Part shown: one piece after another, positions 52,151 through 59,086 of the stretch
Layout of the letters: every line of letters starts with the position of its first letter
Position numbering within the stretch: position 1 is the stretch's first letter
Source of the DNA: Perkinsus olseni
Taxonomy: Eukaryota
Length of the DNA: 59,086 nt
Assembly (NCBI GenBank): GCA_013115125.1
Contig: JABANN010000159.1
Span: 1-59,086, forward strand
Reading direction: 5' to 3'
The notes under the pieces: model-generated
The model's input: only the letters and a program-made list of their open reading frames with translations
Database searches by the model: none
Told to the model about the DNA's origin: nothing
Made by a program: the position numbers and the translations under genes

Positions 52151-52561
52151 TGAGTATCTTAGCTCCATGCATGCTTGATATGGTTTCTGGTTCCTCTCTA
52201 TCCTAGCTGCGTTCGAAAAAGTGGAGGGTCATGCGTTTGCGTGCGGTTTTCGGGCCCGTTTGATAGGAGCAAATTTGCTCCTTAAATACAAGTAACGCCT
52301 CAAGTGAACCTCAGTAAGCCTTAGGTATCCCCGGTTAAACATTTCGCTACTTGAGTAACATCATTAAGGCGCTTTAAAAGTTAGGATTACTCGAAGCAAG
52401 CAATTATCCTTGTGAAACACGCCCATCGTATCTTGCGCTTACACACAAGAGTTGATGCGAACTGGGGACATCCAAATCGTAGCAGCTTGCCGAAGATTCG
52501 CGCCGGACTGAAAAATACTTTTTCCTGTAGACCAGGGAATTATTCCTGTTGCATATTCTTC

Positions 52562-52862
52562 ATGCTCTCTCGTATCGCATTATCTTCCCGAACGCTGGTC
52601 TCGACGGCCGCTGTCGCCCGGCCGATGATGGCTCGAGCGTTCTCGTCTGTTGCGGCATCCTGCCCCCCGGGCGCCATGAGTGGCCCTGTTTGCTTCGAGG
52701 ATGATATAGCGCACGTGCAGGTGATGAGCCGTCTGGTCTTCGTGAACACCAGCTTCTCCTATTCAGGTCAATAATGGGTACAGCAAGAAGTACGCTGATG
52801 GTTGGGAGCGTATTTTCGGCAAAGGCAAAAGTCGAGGAGCAAAGCAAGCTACTAAAAAATAA
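52562..52862 (+). CDS. 84-aa microprotein with mitochondrial-type presequence
   Basis: Exons 52562-52720 and 52767-52862: MLSRIALSSRTLVSTAAVARPMMARAFSS...HVQ|VNNGYSKKYADGWERIFGKGKSRGAKQATKK*. Confidence 0.75.
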
Positions 52863-53004
52863 AGATACCCATCAAATACCTTTCTCACTGTGACATTGAA
52901 ACTGTTGTACTCGTTCTGTTCCTTAACTTGCACAATTTGGCAATGTTGTGTTCGACTTAACTTCGTCGGTGGTATCGCTTGCCGGCAGCCAGTTTTCCAG
53001 TGCA

Positions 53005-56000
53005 ATGGACTCGAGAGGAGCGGAAGTACCCCTGTCTCCTTCCAATGTGGTGGCAGCACTGAACGCCTCGTTATCGACTGATGCTGTTATGAGGGGTATG
53101 GCGGTTCAGCAGCTTCAACGATGGGAAGCAGCATCCGGGTAGTAGCGGGTATTTAGTGGTATTCTCTCCTGCGTTCCTCTATTGTTTTCGGATTAGTGCA
53201 GATGTTGTATCGTTGCAGTGTTTGATAGTATTGTTACGATGGGGTCGATTCGCCCATTCTCGTATCGTTACAACAGTAGCCATCTCAAGGTACGCTCTCA
53301 TGCTCCTCGACATCTATCTCGATGCGAGTACGGACACGCAGTCTAAATTCCTTGCGATTACTATGTGCAAGAACACAGTAATAAGGGGAAAGGAGGCCCT
53401 TGCGTGCGCGGTGATGGAGACCCTGTGCTCTAGGTTGGACGGAATTGGCAGCCGCGGTCCTCGCATTGTATCAGTCAAGAGGAGCGGGAGCACTTCAAGC
53501 AGAAGGTAGTGTGAAGGGTCTGTCAAGGGTAGGGCGGCTGATTCTGTAGATCGTCTCATTCAGCTCGTCGGGGTGCTCTACAACGCGGACCCCGCCCGAA
53601 TTGAGCATCTCGCCGAATTCGTCCTGTTGCTGCGGAAAGTATGCCGGGCCGAGTTCCCTGCCAAGTGGCCTGACATGGTCAACTGGACGACGAGTAACTC
53701 TCTCCCGCCTGCGCTCTACGCGGCATCTGTTTACCAAGGTTCTATGAAATCGCTAGCGAGTAACCTAACCTCCGTGCCTAGAGAGCAAGTGCTGGCATTG
53801 CTGAAGATAGTCCATGGGGTGGTGAAAGAGCAACAGACTAAGAAGCTCCTGAGTGCTAGGAAGCAGACCTTTGAGATTGCTCCACACATACTGGAAGGCC
53901 TTCTTCCGATCTGGCAACACTTTTCCAGTACGGCTGGTCTGCTCCCGATACTCACCACCGAGACTTTCTGATAGGTGCGACCTCGGACTGGGAACTGTGC
54001 CGAGTCCTTGACGGCACGACTTTAATTCTCCTGTGTATCGGCTTCCAGAAGCTCTACTTAGTGCCCTCTGGTCTCAGCATCGTATCTGGTGTCTTCCAGC
54101 GGCTGGCGATAGTGGTAATATGAGCTTTACTCACGATGGGATGTTGACGGGGTTTGTCTGTCAAGGTGAACGCCTACCCGCAAAACTACAAGGATCCTTA
54201 TTACGAGAAGGACCTGAAGACTCTCTTGAAGTGGTTCGCCCAGATCGTGCACACTCACCCGCTTGCCCTGGCTGAGTGCGGCGTTGATAAGGTGCTCATG
54301 GCAGTACTGGGTGATACGAGGGAGGGGAGTCTCAGCGGAGCGAAGCGGAAGATTCCCTTTTCAGCTCCGAGAAGCGGGTGGATCCACCAAAGGAATATGC
54401 CCGACTTCTTTCCTCGGTACTTGATTAACATTGTACAGTACTGTATGAATTGCACAGCTTTCCGCAAGGGCATCAGCAACGTGACGGCCAGTGAGACGGG
54501 AGATGAACAGATGCGGCAGAAGCTGGTGAGAGTCGCCAGGTGATTGGTACTCGTACGACTTCCCCTTCGTCGTCGTTTCAGATCAGCTCTCTCCATCCCC
54601 AGTTCATTAACTTCATCACCAATACGGGAGGCCTTGGCCCGGCTATAGTAGAGCCTGTGATCAACGCAGGATTGTGTGTTGACGAGGAAAGTCTGAGGGA
54701 GTGGACCGAAGACTCTGAGCAGTACCTTACTGGTGGGAGCGAGAGCGCCAGATGATATCGGCATACGAGGCTATCACAGGTCCTCCTTGTGTCGCTACTG
54801 ATCTTCGACTGGCGACTGAGGCCTGCCTGTTGGCTGCGCAGCAGGAGCCCTTCACCCAAGCCGTCGCGGAGTATGTAGCAGCAGCCGCTAATGGACTTGT
54901 TGAATGTAGTACTTAGCCTCACTCTCGCGCTGGCGCACCGAGTAGACGTCGTCGCTGTTGTCAGCCATCGGGCAGTTGATGGGCAGCTCGCCATCTGCTA
55001 CCATGAGTGCCATCCGATGTGATGCTGTTGTGTCCCTGTTGAACCTGTACCATACAATCCTGCGGAAGTTCAGTGAAAACGAGACGGACCCCAATCGGAA
55101 GTAAGTTCGAGACAGCCACGCCTCACTTTTCCTCTCGAACGCAAATGAACTTCATCGGTTGATGTCCTTGAAGCCAGTTCTGCATTGAATGTCATCGGGG
55201 TGGTCGAGTATGGAGATGGTCGAGTATCGAGCGGCACCCTGGAGTGTAACAGGTACGCTTCGGTCCTAGTAGATCGTATAGCAGTACCTATACTGCAGCT
55301 GCCGACTGCACAACCCTACGTCGCCCTTCTCGAGTACCGAGTTATCATGGTGAGCTCAGTTCGCTGATGGCTTCACGACTTGCGGTGATTCGTCGCGCTT
55401 TCAGCTCCTCCGAACATGGGCAGGGGAGCTTGCAAGCAGTCAGAGAGTGGAAGCGAGTGTACAGGCCATTGGAAGATGCCTTGAGTCCAACCAAGAGCAT
55501 CCTGGGGTAGTAGTAGCAGCATCGGCGGTTTGGGGTGATGGGAGTATATTGACCACGTAGATAGGGTTCGTGTGTGGGAGGGAGAAATGCCGCGCTAAGC
55601 TCGCTGTGGATCCTGTTAATAGGCGTCTAACGTGTAACTCGTAGAGCAGACGAATGTATGAGAAGTGCCGGTGCCCGATATTGTACGTTGTCTTACAAGG
55701 CTTCGTGCTGTTGCATCTCGTTCGCTGTCGTACCGGTCAAGAGAGCCTTCTCTCATGCAATCGCACCACGCACCTTTGTTCTCGCGGGTTGTACTTGATG
55801 GCCATCCAGCTAGCCTTATAATATCACTCTAACAGATAGCTGGAGCTCATCTGTCCGCAGTCCGTCTGCCGGGCTGCACTCTGCCTAAACTGTTCTTCCA
55901 GGTAAAATTCCAGGCTGTGTTGAGCCTCCGATCAATATTCGACCGCGATCCAGAGCATCCAGCTTGGGTGGCTGATGGGCTTTTGCCGAACATCATAAGT

Positions 56001-58798
56001 CGGGCTATGGACATGCTGGGTACCTCAGGAGGAGTTAACGTGAGCACTTTTTTATTTTCCGTGCAGGCTGATAGCACATTACTCTGATCCAGGTTCCCGA
56101 GGCTCAGTGGCGCCTGCTTACCGCGGTTACGAGCTTTGTCAATGAGAGCGAACTCAGCGACTCATTGCAGATGCCGCTTCTGCAGAAACTAGTAAGCGCC
56201 TTTGCTAAGGCCCTGTGTGCAGCATCTCGTTCCTGTTAAGGTGAATCTATGGCGCACTCCAAGTACGGACGAGCTGGTCAAGTTCGCGTTGTTGGACCTG
56301 GTTAAGGGCCTACTGGCGAACTACTACTCTGCGTCGACAGTAAGCGGAGCGGTGCTCGCTGGCGTCATTGATGCTGCACTCTTCTTAGTACTCGGTCGGG
56401 AAGGACTTGAAAGTCTACCCAGCTCTTGTTGAGTGTGGCTTGACGATCGCATTAGATGCCTCAGGGTTTGTAGCCGGCCAAGGTAAGCGACGAGGCTGGG
56501 CCGCAGGTCTCGGGCACGAGAGTGGGTCCACGGACCGGCCGGGCTAGCAGTTTTTGTCAGCGCGGAATTGTAGTGGAGAGAACTGCATTTGGTGAACCTT
56601 ACGATATCGTTCAACAAATATCGTCAAGCCGAGCGGGTTGAGAGTTCGAAGTTTCAAGTTCATAGCAACTGTTTTGATCTTTTCGCAGCCCCGTACTCTC
56701 CATCATCGACCGGATCGAGCCCTACCTGCTCCCCCCTGCGAGTTGGTCGAGCACAGCCGAGCCCACCTCCCCCGTCTCCGGTCAATCAAGGTAGTATTAT
56801 CGGTAGATCGACTAGCCCTGAGTCGGTCGTTCGTCCTCAGCTACTGTGATGGGAGCGTTATCGGCCACTCAAGGAGCATGCTCGACCATAAGGGAGTCGG
56901 GGCTCTCGCTGCTGGTTAGCGTACTCCGGAGTGTTAGAGGACAAGATCAGGTAGTGATTCATCGTCATCACGCGTGTAAGAAACGATCTGATGCTATATC
57001 AGGTTGCCCGTGTTTTGCCACTGTTCCCCCAGTGTCTCGCGAGGTTCTCTCCGGAGATCATGGAGAGTAGGCCCACCTACTTGAGCAGGCCGGGGTGATG
57101 ATTGAGTTAACCAGGTCCGGAGCTTAACGAAGTAGACATCGACCTCATCACGGAGTTTGCGGCGCTGCATCTTCTACCCGAGTACAACCCCAATGCCGTG
57201 GAAGCTGTGAAGACGAACCCGCGCGGACAGTTCTCGGCGCAAGGGGTGGAGGCCCTCTCGGTTCACTATGAAACCATTACCAGAGGAATCAAACAGGTGA
57301 CTCAGGTTGACTTTCATGTGATGCACATTGTCATTTGTTTCAGCACATCCAGCATCGGATTGACCTGTACTCACAGGACCCTGAGATAAACGCGCCTAAG
57401 GCGGCAGATGACAGGCTAGCGGACAAGGTTTTCCGGTACAATCGTCCGCTTCGAGCAGTCCGCGACTTCTAACTTTCGCACTCAGGCTTGTCCGCATGCT
57501 TCTGGTGGTGGACGAGAGGTTGGTTGAGCAGATAGTCTTCCCGCTTTACCAAGTGAGTATCTCTCTCGTCCTTTCTCTCCCGTTTTCATACGGTCTGCTC
57601 TCAGCACTTCCTTGCCTGCTTCCCAACCTCGTCAGCTCGATCTGCAAACGGACCGAACTCGTCGCCTCTCTACCCGTAAGGCCTACGGCTGACAGAACTG
57701 GTGCGGTATCACCAAATGCATTAGGTTCCGGGAAGAGCCTTTATTGACGACGTTCGCGACTGCTGCGGCCCACCATCCCCAGAAGTTCTTGTCGCTGGCG
57801 GCCACTGGTGGCCTGGAGTCTGCTGCTGTGGGGGCGCAGAAGATAATGGGATGTAAGTTGCAGTGTGTCGGGGACTTGACAGTGGCATCAGTGTGCTTAT
57901 CATCACTCAGTGATGCGAGCTGACCAGAGCTCTACGTCTCCAGCTCGGAGAAGTACGGTCGGCTGCCGGCCGCAACGCAACTGCTATGCTCGCGTATCTC
58001 AGGTTATCTTCTCCCGTCGGTCAGCCAACGATGCTTGGTGTTAGCAGTGCCCATGATGTTGTTATCGGCTGTGGCGGATAGTCGGTTGATCGGCCCGGAG
58101 GCGCAAGCCCTGTGGGTATCCCTTTGGAACCAGGTAGCGGCTTTCTTCAGCGCTGAGTGCATTCGGTCAGTGCCTCCTGTGTTAGTTGGATTGCCTAGTC
58201 GACCAGGTGGAAAGTAGTCAGGCGAAGTCCGGCGGTGCCTCGGGTGTCAGCGGACTGCTCACCTCGACTTTGCGGGAGCTCCGATCGAAGGTCCCCTCCC
58301 ACGCAAAGACGCCGTAATGCATGGCAGTTCATCAGAAGTCCGCGCATATCTTCTCCTCTCAGATATCCCTATCGGGTTAGCGCTTGCATGATTGCGTCTA
58401 GCCTACCACCAAACGTCGCTCAGGCTGAAGACCAGGACATGCTGGAATGGCTGCTCAAGGTTGCCGTCGGAATCGTAGGGTCGCGACAGCCCCGCTGTAT
58501 CTGACTGTTCGTGTCAGGTAACGTCTTTCGACCAACGGGTCGGCAATGGCGCGGGCAAGACCCTGCTCAGTTTCATCGAGTCCGATAGACTCATGCAGGT
58601 CGTCGGACAAGTTGCTTCCTCTTCTACGTAATCATTGCTTGCGAACTCTTACGTGTCTCCATCGCGGATCATTGCAATCGAGTTGTCAACCTGGTGTGGA
58701 CTGCACAGGAGTTCGCTCACTACGGTTCCCGCGTACCAGACTCCGGCTCTGAGAGTCAGGGTCATTTTATTGATGAGCCGTATGGCTTAGTCGGGTGA
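53005..58798 (+). CDS. Importin-beta family karyopherin, importin-11/Kap120-like (many exons)
   Basis: IBN_N-type start (QLQRWE...KFLAITMCKNTVGRNW), RAEFPAKWPDM, TKKLLSARKQTFEIA, and EESLREWTEDSEQY. Confidence 0.82.
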
Positions 58799-59086
58799 TC
58801 AAAGTGGGCGCTTCGGTGGCACTTCATCTCTTTGAAACCATCTAATTAACTCGAAGGCAGCACTCGGATTCTCTCTCGGCGTCGCTTTACACCACCGCCT
58901 TCTACTGCTTGATTGTAGCGGAGCCCATTTTGTGTTTGCCATGGTACTCCCTCGCTTGCACGTTAGGAAGCAATGAACCGATACTCGAGGTCTTCGACGA
59001 TGACGATGGACTTTGCGAGTTCAGCAACGCGTCCGCCTGGTAGACTCTCCGAGGAACGACGGGTAGCGGCACGGTCCACTCAGAGT

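Overview
Gene-dense eukaryotic genomic DNA with many short (mostly ~40-60 nt) spliceosomal introns. Gene content (CDPK, NOT1, flagellar DRC2/CFAP52, SelT) and intron style point to an alveolate, most likely a Perkinsus-like myzozoan (inference, not verified). The six-frame ORF track is largely exon fragments and antisense shadows. Hand splicing gives about 21 genes: a secreted orphan, CDPK, a TPRK-repeat protein, a small single-TM microprotein, a PH-domain fragment, an RsfS/Iojap-like protein, a Pro-rich protein, a multi-KH protein, NOT1, CFAP52-like WD40, a RING+PHD protein, DNA polymerase delta, two tandem 14-Cys secreted paralogs, BCD1/ZNHIT6, selenoprotein T, DRC2, a TM RING-H2 ligase, a small 2-TM ORF, an ICT1/ArfB-like GGQ protein, a mitochondrial-type microprotein and importin-11. 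The best-supported hidden signal is a complete selenocysteine recoding unit: an in-frame TGA in a CxxU motif (45863-45865, - strand) plus a canonical SECIS (44660-44715). Other notable items are a 203-bp near-perfect duplication of the CDPK 3' end bracketing a secreted gene, a decayed stop-riddled TpA-rich island (~9.25-11.5 kb), an N-terminally shortened NOT1, and two spliced microproteins that the ORF track does not show. I did not find a convincingly new multi-gene system, nor any CRISPR array, rRNA, intact tRNA or recognisable transposase/RT. All family assignments come from motif recall, not database searches.
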